A DNA stretch of 64,000 nt from an uncultured Gemmatimonadaceae bacterium (GCA_963843845.1 CAWJMB010000003.1:192001-256000); one strand, 5' to 3'. Positions 28,158 to 38,937 are shown, counted from the first letter of the stretch. Notes: generated from the letters alone by a model not told the origin. Program-made: numbers and translations.

Positions 28158-29567
28158 ATGACTCGATTCTCTCTCCGCGCCGTTCCGGCGGCGCTCGTGC
28201 TCGCGACCGCGGCCGCGGCGTCCGCGCAGCAGCCCAATCAGGCGGCGCAGGTGCCGACCGCCAGACCGTTAGGCGCCACGACCGGAACGATCGCCGAGGC
28301 GTTCGGTGGCGTGCAGGCGGTGCGCGAGCTGCCCGACGGCCGGGTGCTCGTCAACGACCCGACGAAGCGGCGCGTCGTGCTGTTCGACGCCGACCTGTCG
28401 AAGTTCACGGTCGTCGCCGACTCGACGAGCGCGACGGCGACGGCGTATAGCGGGCGCATGGCGGGACTGATTCCGTACCGCGCCGACTCGACGCTGTTCG
28501 TCGACCCGCAATCGCTGTCGATGCTCGTCATCGACCCGAAGGGAACCCTCGGCACGCGCGTGATGTCGGTGCCGAAGCCGGACGACGCGATGTCGCTGAC
28601 CGGGATCGCGTTCGGCATGCCGGGCTTCGACGCGCAGGGGCGGCTCATCTACCGGCCGTCGCCTCGCTTCGAGATGCGCCGCGGACCGGGCGGGCCGGGG
28701 GGCGGCCCCGGCGGTGGTGGCGCGGCGAACGGCGGACGGGCTGGCGGCCCGCCGCAGATGCCGGACACCGCGCCGATCGTGCGCGTCGAGCTCGCGACGC
28801 GGAAGATGGACACGGTCGCGTTCGTGAAGACGTACGCGCCGCGGATGCAGATCACGCAGCTCGAAGGGGGCGGGATGTCGATGACGTCGAAGCTCGACCC
28901 GCTGCCGCTCGTCGACGACTGGGCGGTGCTCGCCGACGGCACGGTCATGATCCTTCGCGGCCGCGAGTTCCGCGTCGACCTCGTCGGGAAGGACGGGAAG
29001 CTCGTCGCGGGCCCGAAGGTCGCGCACGACTGGCAGCGCATGTCCGACGAGGACAAGGTCGCCTTCCTCGACTCGACGAAGACGGCGATGGAGAAGGTGC
29101 GCGCCGCGGCGCAGGCGGCGATGTCGCAGCCGGGCGGCATGCAGCGGGCGATGGAGACGGCCGGCGCCGCGATGGGGATGGGTGGCGGCGGGATGCCGAT
29201 GGTCAGCATCCAGATGCGCCCAGACGGCGGCGAGCCGCCGCGCCGCGGCGGACAGGGCGGCGGGCCGAATGGCGGCATGCAGATGCCGACGCTCACCTTC
29301 GTCGACCCGAGCGAGCTGCCCGACTACAAGCCGCCGTTCGCGGCAGGCGGCGCCCGCGCCGACGCCGACGGCAACGTCTGGGTGCGCCTCATCGCGACGA
29401 AGCCGATGCCGGGGCCGGTCTACGACATCATCGACAAGGATGGGAAGCTCGTCGACCGCGTGGTGTTGCCGGCGGGCGCGGCGATCGCGGGGTTCGGCAA
29501 GGGCAGCGTGTTCCTCGCGACGCGCAACGCCGAGGGGACGCACCTCACGCGCGTGCGGGTCAAGTAG
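28158..29567 (+). CDS. Secreted hypothetical protein (beta-propeller-like, Gly/Met-rich inserts)
   Basis: Signal peptide MTRFSLRAVPAALVLATAAAASA, VRELPDGRVLVND, DDWAVLADG, ADADGNVWV, YDIIDKDGKLVDRVVLP. Confidence 0.75.
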   Translation: MTRFSLRAVPAALVLATAAAASAQQPNQAAQVPTARPLGATTGTIAEAFGGVQAVRELPDGRVLVNDPTKRRVVLFDADLSKFTVVADSTSATATAYSGRMAGLIPYRADSTLFVDPQSLSMLVIDPKGTLGTRVMSVPKPDDAMSLTGIAFGMPGFDAQGRLIYRPSPRFEMRRGPGGPGGGPGGGGAANGGRAGGPPQMPDTAPIVRVELATRKMDTVAFVKTYAPRMQITQLEGGGMSMTSKLDPLPLVDDWAVLADGTVMILRGREFRVDLVGKDGKLVAGPKVAHDWQRMSDEDKVAFLDSTKTAMEKVRAAAQAAMSQPGGMQRAMETAGAAMGMGGGGMPMVSIQMRPDGGEPPRRGGQGGGPNGGMQMPTLTFVDPSELPDYKPPFAAGGARADADGNVWVRLIATKPMPGPVYDIIDKDGKLVDRVVLPAGAAIAGFGKGSVFLATRNAEGTHLTRVRVK

Positions 29568-29658
29568 CGGCGCCCGTCGACGACGTCCGCGGCGGAGGCG
29601 TGAGCGCACGCGCCGTGGACGCTCGACGAGGAGGACGAGCGTGCCCTCCCGGCACGGA

Positions 29659-29702
29659 CAGGGGCCTGAGCGGATGTCACCGCCCAGGCCCCTGGTCCTT
29701 TC
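29659..29702. terminator. Hairpin terminator between convergent genes
   Basis: CAGGGGCCTGAGCGG-ATGTCA-CCGCCCAGGCCCCTG (14/15 paired) followed by GTCCTTT. Confidence 0.6.
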
Positions 29703-29771
29703 GTCCCTACCCGCCCGACCGGTCCGACCGGGCCGACCGGCGGAGCGCGATCGACCGGGTGGTCAGCGTGA

Positions 29772-30362
29772 TCAGTGGCCGCGCGCCGCGGCGATCGCGC
29801 TCGCCATCGCCGAGTAGGCGTCCTCCGAGAGCGCGTTGAACTTGAGCTCGCGGTAGACGATGCGGCCGCTCTTGTCGATCACGTAGACCGTGCGGCTCGA
29901 CATCGGGCGTCCGGCCACGCGCGAGCCGTACTTGTCGGCGAGCGTGAGGTCGGTGTCGGAGACGAGCGCGAACGGGAACTTCGCCTCGCTCGCCCACGAC
30001 GTGTGCGAGTCGAGAGCGTCGGCGGAGACCGGGAGCACGACCACGTCGTCGCCGAACAGCGTCTTGTACTCGTCGCGGAACTTGGTCAGCTCCGCCGTGC
30101 ATCCGGTCGTGCGGTCCTTCGGGTAGAACGCGAGCACGACGACCTTGCCGCGCAGCTCCTTGAGCGCGACCGGCTTCGCGCGCGGCCCGCTCGCGTCCGC
30201 CCACGGCATCGTGAAGTCGGGCGCCATGTCGCCGACCGCCGGCGCGACGACGGTCGTCGTCGTGGTCGTCGTCGTCGTGGACGATGTCGTCGTCTGCGCG
30301 ACGGCGACCGACGCGCCGAGTGTGGAGAGCGCGGCGAAGGAGCGGAGGAGAGCAGTGCGCAT
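29772..30362 (-). CDS. BCP/PrxQ-type peroxiredoxin with signal peptide
   Basis: VGDMAPDF, FYPKDRTTGCTAE (PxxxTxxC), FPFALVSD, SRTVYVIDKSG. Has an N-terminal signal peptide and a Thr-rich linker. Confidence 0.88.
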   Translation of the reverse strand: MRTALLRSFAALSTLGASVAVAQTTTSSTTTTTTTTTVVAPAVGDMAPDFTMPWADASGPRAKPVALKELRGKVVVLAFYPKDRTTGCTAELTKFRDEYKTLFGDDVVVLPVSADALDSHTSWASEAKFPFALVSDTDLTLADKYGSRVAGRPMSSRTVYVIDKSGRIVYRELKFNALSEDAYSAMASAIAAARGH

Positions 30363-30459
30363 GTCGAGATTCGGGTGAAGGAGTCTAGCCGGAGAAAGCA
30401 AGGGCTCGGCGCCGATTCGAGCAAGGGTCGAGGCGCGTACAGCGTATACCCGACTGCGA

Positions 30460-30488
30460 TTGACGTGATTCGCTCGGCGATTTACGAT
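30460..30488 (+). promoter_or_regulatory. sigma70-like promoter for the PepSY-TM gene
   Basis: TTGACG (30460-30465), 17-bp spacer, TACGAT (30483-30488), 52 bp before ATG 30541. Confidence 0.6.
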
Positions 30489-30540
30489 CGTCATTCCCGA
30501 TTGGATCGCTCTGGATTACATCGCTCGCTCGCCGACCCGC

Positions 30541-31710
30541 ATGCGCGCCGTTCGCCAACTCGTGTTCTGGACCCACCTCATCGCCGGCGTCGTCGCGGGG
30601 GGGATCGTACTCGTCATGTCGGTGACGGGGGTGGTGCTGACCTATCAGCGGCAGCTGCTCGCGTGGGGCGATCACCGGGCGGCGCCGGTTCCAGCGCGTG
30701 CCGCCGGGACGCCGCGAGCGAGCGTCGAGACGCTCCTCGACGGCGCGCGCGCCGGGCAGGCGAGGGGGACACCGCGTGCGATCACCGTGAGCGCCGACCC
30801 GAGGCGCGCGACGCGGGTGGCGTTCGGTCCCGAGGGCGCGGTATTCGTCGACCCGTACACCGGCGCGTCGCTCGGGGAGGGGGCGACGGGGATGCGGAGC
30901 TTCTTCGGCGTCGTCACGAAGTGGCACCGCTGGCTCGGCCGGTCTGGTGAGGGGCGGAGCGCGGGGCGCGCACTCACCGGGAGCTGCAACCTCGCGTTCC
31001 TGGTGCTCGTGCTGACCGGCGCGTACCTCTGGATTCCGCGCCCGTGGTCGCTGCGCCGCGTCCGCACCGTCGCGCTCTTCCGGCGCGGGCTGGACGGGAA
31101 GGCGCGCGACTTCAACTGGCACAACGTCGTCGGGCTGTGGACGGTGCTCCCGCTCGTGGTCGTCGTCGGCTCCGGCGTCGTGATCTCGTATCCGTGGGCG
31201 AGCGCGCTCGTGTATCGCGCGGTCGGTGAGCGGCCGCCGGTGCGGGGAAGGGCACCCGGACCGACCGACGTGCCGGTCCCTCACGATGCGCCGACGGCGT
31301 CACTCGATGCGATGCTGGCGCGCGCGGCGCAGCAGGTGCCGACCTGGCGCACGCTCCAGCTCACGCTCCCCGTCGCCGGCGCGCGCGCGATCACCATCGT
31401 CGTGGACGCGGGGACCGGGGGCGAGCCCCAGCGGCGGGGCACGCTGACGTTCGACCGCGCGACGGGGGCGGTCTCGACGTGGGAGCCGTTCGCGTCGCAG
31501 TCGCGTGGACGGCGCGTGCGGTCGTTCCTGCGCTTCGCCCACACCGGCGAGGTCGGCGGCCTGGCGGGTCAGACCGTCGCCGGGCTCGCGTCGCTCGCAG
31601 GGGTCGTGCTCGTCTGGACGGGGATCGGGCTCGCGCTGCGGCGGTTCGCGAGCTGGCGCTCTCGCCGCACACGCGTGCGAGAGCGGCACGACGTACGCGC
31701 CGCGGCCTGA
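30541..31710 (+). CDS. PepSY-associated TM helix protein (iron-regulated membrane protein family)
   Basis: FWTHLIAGVVAG..MSVTG, VFVDPYTG, KWHRWL, LTGAYLW, FNWHNVVG, RFAHTGE. Confidence 0.88.
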   Translation: MRAVRQLVFWTHLIAGVVAGGIVLVMSVTGVVLTYQRQLLAWGDHRAAPVPARAAGTPRASVETLLDGARAGQARGTPRAITVSADPRRATRVAFGPEGAVFVDPYTGASLGEGATGMRSFFGVVTKWHRWLGRSGEGRSAGRALTGSCNLAFLVLVLTGAYLWIPRPWSLRRVRTVALFRRGLDGKARDFNWHNVVGLWTVLPLVVVVGSGVVISYPWASALVYRAVGERPPVRGRAPGPTDVPVPHDAPTASLDAMLARAAQQVPTWRTLQLTLPVAGARAITIVVDAGTGGEPQRRGTLTFDRATGAVSTWEPFASQSRGRRVRSFLRFAHTGEVGGLAGQTVAGLASLAGVVLVWTGIGLALRRFASWRSRRTRVRERHDVRAAA

Positions 31711-31868
31711 CGGCAGTCGGCGGCGTCGCGATACGCAGCACGGGGCCGCCGTCGCGCGCGATGACCTAGTAGCTTGCGGGATGGCGGCCCGGACCGTGCA
31801 ACGCCATCGCGGCCCGCGCTTTGCGCCTCGTCCTGTTTTTCAGTCCCACGTGCCAGGAGAGTTGGCCG

Positions 31869-32129
31869 ATGGCCGACACGCAGCCCGCGCAATCCGCAGT
31901 GACGCCACAGCGCCCGCGCCCGACGCCTCAGGCGAGCGGTGCGGGAGGGCGCGAGCGGCGGAAGCACACGCATCTCCGCGAGTTGATCGACGAGATGCTC
32001 GCGTCGCTCCGCGTCGCCGCGAAGCAAGATCTCTTCACCGCCGCCGAGCGCGCCGACGCGGAGGTGCAACTCGCGTCGATCATGGAGCGCGTGCACGCCG
32101 AGGCGCTCAAGGTCAGCACGGCGCACTAG
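31869..32129 (+). CDS. Small hypothetical helical protein
   Basis: AGGAG RBS before ATG 31869. Good coding-like codon usage (RRKHTHLRELIDEMLASLR..). Confidence 0.6.
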   Translation: MADTQPAQSAVTPQRPRPTPQASGAGGRERRKHTHLRELIDEMLASLRVAAKQDLFTAAERADAEVQLASIMERVHAEALKVSTAH

Positions 32130-32169
32130 CAGCCCGCGCCGCGCGCGGCGGGCGCGCCGCGCGGTCACC

Positions 32170-32682
32170 TCAGAGGTAGCGCGCGACGGCCATCGCGACG
32201 GTCGCGAGCAGCAGCAGGACCGCGACGACGCGCTGCCAGCGCCCCAGCCTCTGCTGCAGCGCCGCGAGGAGCGCGCGCTGCTCGGCGCTCCCGCCTGCCG
32301 ATCCCATCGCGGCGCCGAGCGCCATGAGCTTGCGCCCGGTCGGCGTGATCGTCGCCATCGCGAGCAGGGCAGCCGCGAGGGCGAGCGCCGCGCCGCCGCT
32401 GAACGTCTGGCCGACGCGCGAGCGGTACCACGCGCCGCCGCTGATCGTTCCGTCGTGCACCATGAGCGCGATGCCCGTGACCAGGGTCAGGATGCTCGCG
32501 ATCGCGAGCTGCAGCGGCACGCGGCGCTCGGCGGCGAGACGCCGCATCACCTCGCCGCCGGCCGGGCCACTCGCTCGGACCGTGGGGATCAGGTAGAACG
32601 CGAAGAAGACGTTGACGCCGACCCAGAACACGCCGGTCAGAATGTGGACGGCGCGCAGCGTGATGACGGTGGACGGGCTCAT
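32170..32682 (-). CDS. Four-TM membrane protein (CopD/DUF2269-like)
   Basis: LRAVHILTGVFWVG and four hydrophobic segments. ATGA overlap with the MarR gene. Confidence 0.75.
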   Translation of the reverse strand: MSPSTVITLRAVHILTGVFWVGVNVFFAFYLIPTVRASGPAGGEVMRRLAAERRVPLQLAIASILTLVTGIALMVHDGTISGGAWYRSRVGQTFSGGAALALAAALLAMATITPTGRKLMALGAAMGSAGGSAEQRALLAALQQRLGRWQRVVAVLLLLATVAMAVARYL

Positions 32683-33158
32683 CGGACGGTGGGGTGCGGA
32701 GAGGAGGGGGCCCGCTCGACGATCGACTCGATCAGCGCCGCGGCGCGCAGCAGGGTCTCCTGCTGTGCGCGCGGCAGCTCGGCGATGCGCGCCGACAGCG
32801 TGGCGACGCGCCGCGCGCGTCCGGCGGTGAGCAGGCGGCGTCCGGCGGCGGTCGCGTGGACGCGCGTGACGCGGCCGTCGGCCGGGTCGGCGGCGCGCGC
32901 GACGAGCCCCGCCCCCTCGAGCGCCGCGACGAGCCGCGTCATGGTGGGCGGGCGCACCTGCTCCGCCGCCGCGAGCTCGCCGAGCGTCAGCGGGCCGCCG
33001 AACACGACGACCGAGAGCGCGGAGAGGCGCGGCGCGGAGAGTCCGCTCTGCCCGTCCTGCCGCCGCAGCCAGCGCAGCAGGTGAACGGCGGCCGAGTGGA
33101 GCCGGTCGGCCGTGGGCAGATCGGGCGGTGGTGGCGCGCTTGCGCGGCGGGAGGGCAC
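32679..33158 (-). CDS. MarR-family transcriptional regulator
   Basis: GLSAPRLSALSVV, PLTLGELAAAEQVRPPTMTRLVAALE, DPADGRV..TAAG. Confidence 0.9.
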   Translation of the reverse strand: MPSRRASAPPPPDLPTADRLHSAAVHLLRWLRRQDGQSGLSAPRLSALSVVVFGGPLTLGELAAAEQVRPPTMTRLVAALEGAGLVARAADPADGRVTRVHATAAGRRLLTAGRARRVATLSARIAELPRAQQETLLRAAALIESIVERAPSSPHPTVR

Positions 33159-33179
33159 GATGCAGTATGTGGCGCGATC

Positions 33180-33194
33180 GTTAGCAACGCTAAC
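33180..33194. promoter_or_regulatory. Candidate MarR operator between the divergent marR and VOC genes
   Basis: Perfect inverted repeat GTTAGC-AAC-GCTAAC in a 53-bp AT-rich intergenic gap. Confidence 0.65.
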
Positions 33195-33211
33195 TATTGA
33201 TCGGAGCGGAC

Positions 33212-33592
33212 ATGCGGATGTCGATCGGGATCGAACGCATCGGGCAGATCGCGGTGCTCGTGCAGGACGTCGACCGGGCCGTCGCGTTCTACCAGGACGT
33301 GCTCGGGCTGCGGCTGCTGTTCCGCGCGCCCCCGGGGCTCGCGTTCTTCGACTGCGGCGGCGTGCGGCTGATGCTGAGTGTGCCCGAGGGGGAGAGCGGC
33401 GGCACGTCGACGCTGTACTACGTCGTGGCCGACCTCCACGCCGCGCACGAGGCGCTCGTGGCGCGCGGCGCGACGTTCCTCGGCGCGCCGCACCGCGTCG
33501 CGCGGATGCCGGACCACGACCTCTGGATGGCGTTCCTGCGCGACAGCGAGGACAACGTCGTGGGGCTCATGAGCGAGGTGCCGCCCGCCTAA
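33212..33592 (+). CDS. VOC/glyoxalase family protein
   Basis: IGQIAVLVQDVDRAVAFYQDVLGL, LAFFDCGGVRLML, WMAFLRDSEDN. Confidence 0.9.
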   Translation: MRMSIGIERIGQIAVLVQDVDRAVAFYQDVLGLRLLFRAPPGLAFFDCGGVRLMLSVPEGESGGTSTLYYVVADLHAAHEALVARGATFLGAPHRVARMPDHDLWMAFLRDSEDNVVGLMSEVPPA

Positions 33593-35318
33593 CGACGCGC
33601 CATCATCGAGTCCCGCCGCGACTTGAACTCGGTGCCGGGCTTCCACGCCGGCATCGTCGGCGTCGACGCGACGAGGTAGCCGAGGCGGAACAGCGCGCGC
33701 AGGTCGTCGACGGCGCCGACGAAGTCCCAGCCGGGCTTCACCTCGTCGCTCGGCGTTGTGGTAGTCGGCGCCCTCGTAGTCGCTCCGCGCTTGGACCCCG
33801 TGCCGGCGGGGGCGCCCAGCGCGTCGATGCCGATCCCGGTGAAGAGCGCGGGGACGCCCTGCTTCGCGAACTCGAAGTGGTCGGAGCGGTAGTAGAAGCC
33901 CTTCTCCGGCTCCGCGTCCGGCGCGATCGTGCGGCCGTCGCCCGCGAGCACGCCGCGCAGCACGTCGTCGAGCGTCGAGTTGCCGAGCCCGACGACGATC
34001 GATGTCGCGCGTGCGCCCCCACGGGTTGAGCACGTCCATGTTGATGGTCGGCGGCCGTCCTGTTCGAGCGGGTAGAGCGGGTGCGTGGCGTAGTACTGCG
34101 CGCCCAGCAGTCCCTTCTCCTCGGCGGTCACGGCGAGGAAGAGGATCGAGCGCTGCGGCGCGGGCGTCAGGCGCTGTGAACGCGCGCGCGATCTCGAGCA
34201 GCCCCGCCGTGCCCGAGGCGTTGTCGAGCGCGCCGTTGAAGATCTGGTCGCCCCGCCGAGTCGTGTCGCGGCCGAGGTGGTCCCAGTGCGCGGTGTAGAC
34301 CACGTACTCGTCCTTGCCGGTCGGTCCCTTCGAGCTTCGCGACGACGTTCTGCGACCGCACTCGGCGCACGGCGATCTTCACGTCGAAGCGTCGCGGTCG
34401 CGTTCAGCGCGACGGGCGGAAGTCCTTGCGCGTCGCCGCCGCCTTGAGCGAGTCGAAGTCCTGCCCCGCGGCGGCGAGCAGCGCGCGCGCCTTCTCGTTC
34501 GCGATCCACCCCTCGACGCCGACGCGCTTCGCCGCGTCCGCGGAGGGGACGTCGAACTGCTCGGCCCTAGCTCCCCTTGACGACCTCGTACGGGTAGCCG
34601 GCGGGGCCGGTCTCGTGGACGATGAGCACCGCGGCGGCGCCCTTCTGCGTCGCGATCTCGTACTTGTAGGTCCAGCGGCCGTAGTACGTCATCGCCCGGC
34701 CCGGAACACGCGGGTCGAGCTCTCGGGTCGCCGGGTCGGCACGGCGGGGTCGTTGACGAGCATGACGAGCGTCTTGCCGCGCACGTCGACGCCCTTGTAG
34801 TCGTCCCAGCCGTACTCGGGGGCGACGACGCCGTAGCCGACGAACACGACGTCGGAGTTCGAGACTTTCGTGGTGGCCCGGTCGTGGCGCGAGTTCGCCA
34901 CGTAGTCGTCCGGCCAGGCGAGCGGCATCGAGGTGCCGCCGACGGTGAACGACGCCGTGGGGCGCGACGTGTAGCCGATCAGGTCGACGTTCTGCACGAA
35001 CGAGCCGTCGGGGTTGCCAGGGCTGAGGCCCAGCGCCTGGAACTCGCGCGTCAGGTACGCGACCGTCTTCACCTCGCCCGCGGTGCCCGGCGCGCGCCCC
35101 TCCATCGAGTCCGCAGCGAGCGCCTTCACGTGCGCGAGCAGCGAGTCGGCGCTGATCGCCTGGGCGGCGGTCGTGACGGCGGCCGGAACGCTCGTGGCGT
35201 CGCCGGCGGCAGCCGTATCGGTCGGCGCGCGGTCGCCCGCGGGCCCCGAGCAGGCGGTGATGCCCGCGAGGAGCGGCGTGCTCGCGAGGAGGATCGATCG
35301 TCCGAGAGTGCGGGGCAC
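33589..35318 (-). CDS. M28 metallopeptidase lipoprotein with PA domain (several frameshifts)
   Basis: Lipobox [75 protein letters not shown]. Confidence 0.88.
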
Positions 35319-35455
35319 GGGAGGCGCAGGTTCGAGGAGGAGATCGTGGGTGTCAGAATGAAGTACGGAACGCCGTGCGGCGCTCGTGGGCGCCGTGGTG
35401 GCCGCCCTGCCGCGGGGCGGAGGAGCGCCGTCGAAGCCGCCGGCGCGCTCGGCGC

Positions 35456-36613
35456 CTACCGCCGGAGGAGGTTGTCGCGCGAGAGCTGTTCCATCGTCTC
35501 GAAGCGCTGCGCCTCGCTCGCCTCGACGTAGACGGTCGTCGTGCGGACGTCTTCGTGGTCGAGCAGCCCCTGCACGTCGGTGATCGTGTGGCCGTCGGCG
35601 AGCGCGTGGTAGGCGATCGCGTGACGGAGCTTGTGCGGCGAGAGCTGCCGAACGATCGTCGGCGAGAGCCCCGCGCCGCGCGCCGCGAGCACGAGACGGT
35701 CCCAGGCGCGCTTGCGCGAGATGACGCGGCCGGTCCACGGGTGCAGGAACAGATACGCGTCGGGGTCGCCTAACGGTCGGCCTAACGGCGAGGGCGCGTT
35801 CGCCTTGCGGCGCTTCACGGCGGCGCGCGGCGTCAGCGTGAGGCGCACGTCGAGCCAGCGCTGCACGTCGCTCCGGACGACGCCGGCGACGATCTTGCGG
35901 CGCGGCTTGTTGCCCTTCACGTACACGGTCATGATCCAGCGCCGCGCGTCGCTCATGTCCAGGTCGCGGAGCTGGATCCCCCCCGCCGACGAGACGCGCA
36001 GGCCGAGGTGGTAGCAGAGACGGAAGATGGCGACGTCGAGCACGTGCAGGTTGCGCTGCCGCTCGGCGTCTTTCGCGTCGCTCTCCTCGCACATCGCGAT
36101 CTGCGCCTCCCACCAGTCGAACAGGGTGCGCAGCGGCTCGCGCGCGAGACGCACCGGGTCGGGGCGGATGAACTGCGGCGTGCGCATCTGCGCGACCGGC
36201 GAGAACGCGACGCGCGGCCGTGTGGGGTCGTCGTCGCGCGGCGTCTCGCGGCACCAGCGGTAGAACGCCTTCAGCGACGCGAGCTTGCGGGCGGCGGTGC
36301 GCGGGCCCCACGTCGCGGTGATGCCGTCGGCGGCCGCGTTCGGGCGGCTCGGATCGCGCAGGCGGTCGCGCAGCCAGACGCGCACGTCGTCGGCACGGAC
36401 GTCGAGCATCGACTGCGGGCCTAACGCGATCGCGAACGCGCGGAGGTCGGCGAGGTAGGCGCTGCGCGTGTTCGGGCGCAGCTCGCGCTCGTAGAGGAAC
36501 TGGTTGATGAGTCCCGCGTTCGCGCTCGACGGCTGCGGCGCGCCGTCCGCCGGCGGGAGGGCGGCCGGCTGCACGGGGCGCTTCGTCTTGCGGGCGGGGA
36601 TGCGGCGCGGCAT
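35456..36613 (-). CDS. Stand-alone tyrosine recombinase (XerC/D-like, SAM-like N-domain + catalytic domain)
   Basis: [33 protein letters not shown] (R), KGNK (K), HKLRH (H-x-x-R), LLDH (H), TTTVY (Y). Confidence 0.9.
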   Translation of the reverse strand: MPRRIPARKTKRPVQPAALPPADGAPQPSSANAGLINQFLYERELRPNTRSAYLADLRAFAIALGPQSMLDVRADDVRVWLRDRLRDPSRPNAAADGITATWGPRTAARKLASLKAFYRWCRETPRDDDPTRPRVAFSPVAQMRTPQFIRPDPVRLAREPLRTLFDWWEAQIAMCEESDAKDAERQRNLHVLDVAIFRLCYHLGLRVSSAGGIQLRDLDMSDARRWIMTVYVKGNKPRRKIVAGVVRSDVQRWLDVRLTLTPRAAVKRRKANAPSPLGRPLGDPDAYLFLHPWTGRVISRKRAWDRLVLAARGAGLSPTIVRQLSPHKLRHAIAYHALADGHTITDVQGLLDHEDVRTTTVYVEASEAQRFETMEQLSRDNLLRR

Positions 36614-36750
36614 ACGAGCAACGTAGTGCGCTGACGGCTCTCGGACAGACGGCGCGGCCGCGCGCCGGCGCCTCGGCGGGGAGCGTTAGGCGCGTGGTCG
36701 ATGCGCGCGCCGCTCGTCGCGGGGAACGCGCTCCACGACCGGCGCGCGCG

Positions 36751-38796
36751 TCACGGCCGCTTCGTCGACGAGTCGGGGGCCGTCAGGAGCCGCTCGCCCG
36801 CCGCGCTCATCCCGGCGACCGCGTCGGCCACCGCGGGAGGCGCCGGTCGCTCCACCCGCCCGCCTAACGCGCGCGCCAGGAATTCCTCGAGCGCGCGGTT
36901 CACGGCGAGCGCCGTGATCTCCTCGTTGAAGCCGTGCCCCTCGTTCGACGCGTAGAGCAGCGTCGTCGGCAGCCCGCGCTCGCGCCAGGCGCGCAGCACG
37001 CGCACCGCCTGGTCGGCGCGGACGCGCGGGTCGTTCGCGCCCTGGAAGAGCAGCAGCGGCGCGCGCGCCGAGTCGAGGTGATAGAGCGGCGACGCGCGCC
37101 GCATCCGCGCGAGGTCGTTCGGCACGTCCGGTCGTCCGACGAACCGGTACCACGACCGCGGCAGGAACGGCCCCCACGACGGCGGGAACGCGCGGATCAG
37201 CGTCTCGAGGTCGACCGGACCGGCGTAGCTGGCCCCGCAGCGAAAGCGCGCCGCGTCGCGCGTGAGACCCACGAGCGCCGCGTAGCCGCCGTACGACCCG
37301 CCGACGATGCACACGCGCGCCGAGTCGACGGCCCCCGCGCGGACGCCCCATGCCACCGCGTCGAGCAGGTCGTCCGACATGCGCCCGCCGAACTCGCCGA
37401 CGGCGCCGTCGACGACCGCGCGTCCGAGCCCCGTCGATCCGCGGAAGTTGACCTGGAGCACCGCGTAGCCGCGGTTCGCGAGCAGCTGCGTCTCTCCCGA
37501 GTAGCCGAGTGATTCGCGCGTCCAGGGGCCGCCGTGCACGACGAGCACGGTCGGCTGCGGTCCCGGCGGGCCGACCGGGGCGCGTGTCAGCACGAGCGAG
37601 AGCGGCAGCCCGTCGCGTGCCCGGAACGGGTGGAACTCGCTCGTCGCGAGCTGCGCGCCGCGCAACGCCGGGTGCCGCTCGGCGAGCGTCGTGAGGCGGC
37701 CGGCCGATCGGTCGAGCAGGACGTAGCGGCCGGGGTCGTTCGACGCGTGCGTGAAGAACAGCAGGCGCGTGCCGCTCGCGTCGCGGCTCTCGAACTCGAC
37801 GGCGCGCGCCGTGTCGCGCTGGCCGACGAGGCCGGCCACGAGCGTGTCGAGCTGGGCGTCGGTCGCGCGGTACGCCGCCGCCGCCCCGGTGCACTGCTCG
37901 CCGAGGAGGCGCTCGTCGTCGCCGAACAGCGGCGTGCCGGCGTCGTAGGGTCCGCAGCGCGAGGCGTGGCTCGCGCGCACGACGCCCGTCGCGGGGTCGA
38001 GCGCACGGAGCATCTCGAACGCGCTCCCGGCGTTGCTGCGGATCCAGACGCGCCGCGGAACGCTGCCACGACCGCCCTGCACGCCGACGAGCGCGACGCG
38101 GTCGGAGGGGCCGGCGCGATGGACCGTGCGCCACGGGCCGCGCGCCTCGGCGCGCGTCCGCACCTCCAACGTGCCGTCCGCGAGAATCGCCGACGCGGCG
38201 ACGACATCGCCGTCGCTCCCTGCGGCGTAGGCGGTGACGTCGCCCGGGTTGCGCGCGAGCATCCGGGCGGCGCCGGTCGCGAGCGTGACGACGTAGGCGT
38301 CGGAGACGCGCGGATCGCGGTGATTCGACGCGACGATCGCGACGTCCGGTCGCCCGACCGGGAGCGCCACGAGCTCGACCTCGGCGCGCGGAAACGGCGT
38401 CAGGTCGACGGCGCGCGCGCCACTCCGTCGAGGGTCGATCCGCAGCAGGTGGTACCCCTCGTCGCCACCGCGGTCGTGGAGCACGAGCAGCCAGCGCCCG
38501 TCGCGCGACCAGCGGACGTTCGACACGGCCTGCGCGCTGTCCGCCCACACCGTGCGCACGCGCCGCCCCGCGTCGTCGCGCAGCACGACCGCCGTCGTGC
38601 CCGCGCTGTCCACTCGCTCGATGAGCGCGATCGTGCGCCCGTTCGGCGCGAGCTGCGCGGTGAGCGCCTGCGGCTTGGCGCGCAGCTGCACGATCGGAAG
38701 GATCGGCGGATCGGTCGTCGGCGACTGCGCGGACGCGACCGTCGACGCCGCGCCGAGGGCGAGCGCGACACGAGCGGAGTGAAGGAGCGACGTCAT
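36751..38796 (-). CDS. Secreted S9 (acylaminoacyl/prolyl oligo-) peptidase
   Basis: Signal peptide, [34 protein letters not shown]. Confidence 0.9.
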   Translation of the reverse strand: MTSLLHSARVALALGAASTVASAQSPTTDPPILPIVQLRAKPQALTAQLAPNGRTIALIERVDSAGTTAVVLRDDAGRRVRTVWADSAQAVSNVRWSRDGRWLLVLHDRGGDEGYHLLRIDPRRSGARAVDLTPFPRAEVELVALPVGRPDVAIVASNHRDPRVSDAYVVTLATGAARMLARNPGDVTAYAAGSDGDVVAASAILADGTLEVRTRAEARGPWRTVHRAGPSDRVALVGVQGGRGSVPRRVWIRSNAGSAFEMLRALDPATGVVRASHASRCGPYDAGTPLFGDDERLLGEQCTGAAAAYRATDAQLDTLVAGLVGQRDTARAVEFESRDASGTRLLFFTHASNDPGRYVLLDRSAGRLTTLAERHPALRGAQLATSEFHPFRARDGLPLSLVLTRAPVGPPGPQPTVLVVHGGPWTRESLGYSGETQLLANRGYAVLQVNFRGSTGLGRAVVDGAVGEFGGRMSDDLLDAVAWGVRAGAVDSARVCIVGGSYGGYAALVGLTRDAARFRCGASYAGPVDLETLIRAFPPSWGPFLPRSWYRFVGRPDVPNDLARMRRASPLYHLDSARAPLLLFQGANDPRVRADQAVRVLRAWRERGLPTTLLYASNEGHGFNEEITALAVNRALEEFLARALGGRVERPAPPAVADAVAGMSAAGERLLTAPDSSTKRP

Positions 38797-38937
38797 GGGT
38801 GCGGATCGCGCGTCATGTCCGGGCACAGGCTGGAGCGAATCGGAAGGGGGGCACATCCCGACGGTGCCCACACGCTCTGACACACGATTCGGCCGTCGCG
38901 TTACACGCGACGACGCGCCCCGGCGTACGCCGGGGCC

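Noticed and set aside
24360..29567. Apparent 1735-aa single ORF
   Set aside because: The middle is out-of-frame Arg-rich nonsense. Two genes are present, the second with its own signal peptide at 28158.
30480..30498. Fur box over the -10 of the PepSY-TM promoter
   Set aside because: Only 11/19 match to GATAATGATAATCATTATC. Plausible by context but too weak to call.
35456..36870. Integron (IntI + attC/attI), suggested by GCCTAAC/GTTAGGC matching RYYYAAC/GTTRRRY near the recombinase
   Set aside because: The motifs lie mostly inside ordinary genes across the whole window and never pair as a 55-140 bp attC hairpin after a stop codon. The recombinase lacks a recognisable IntI-specific insert sequence.
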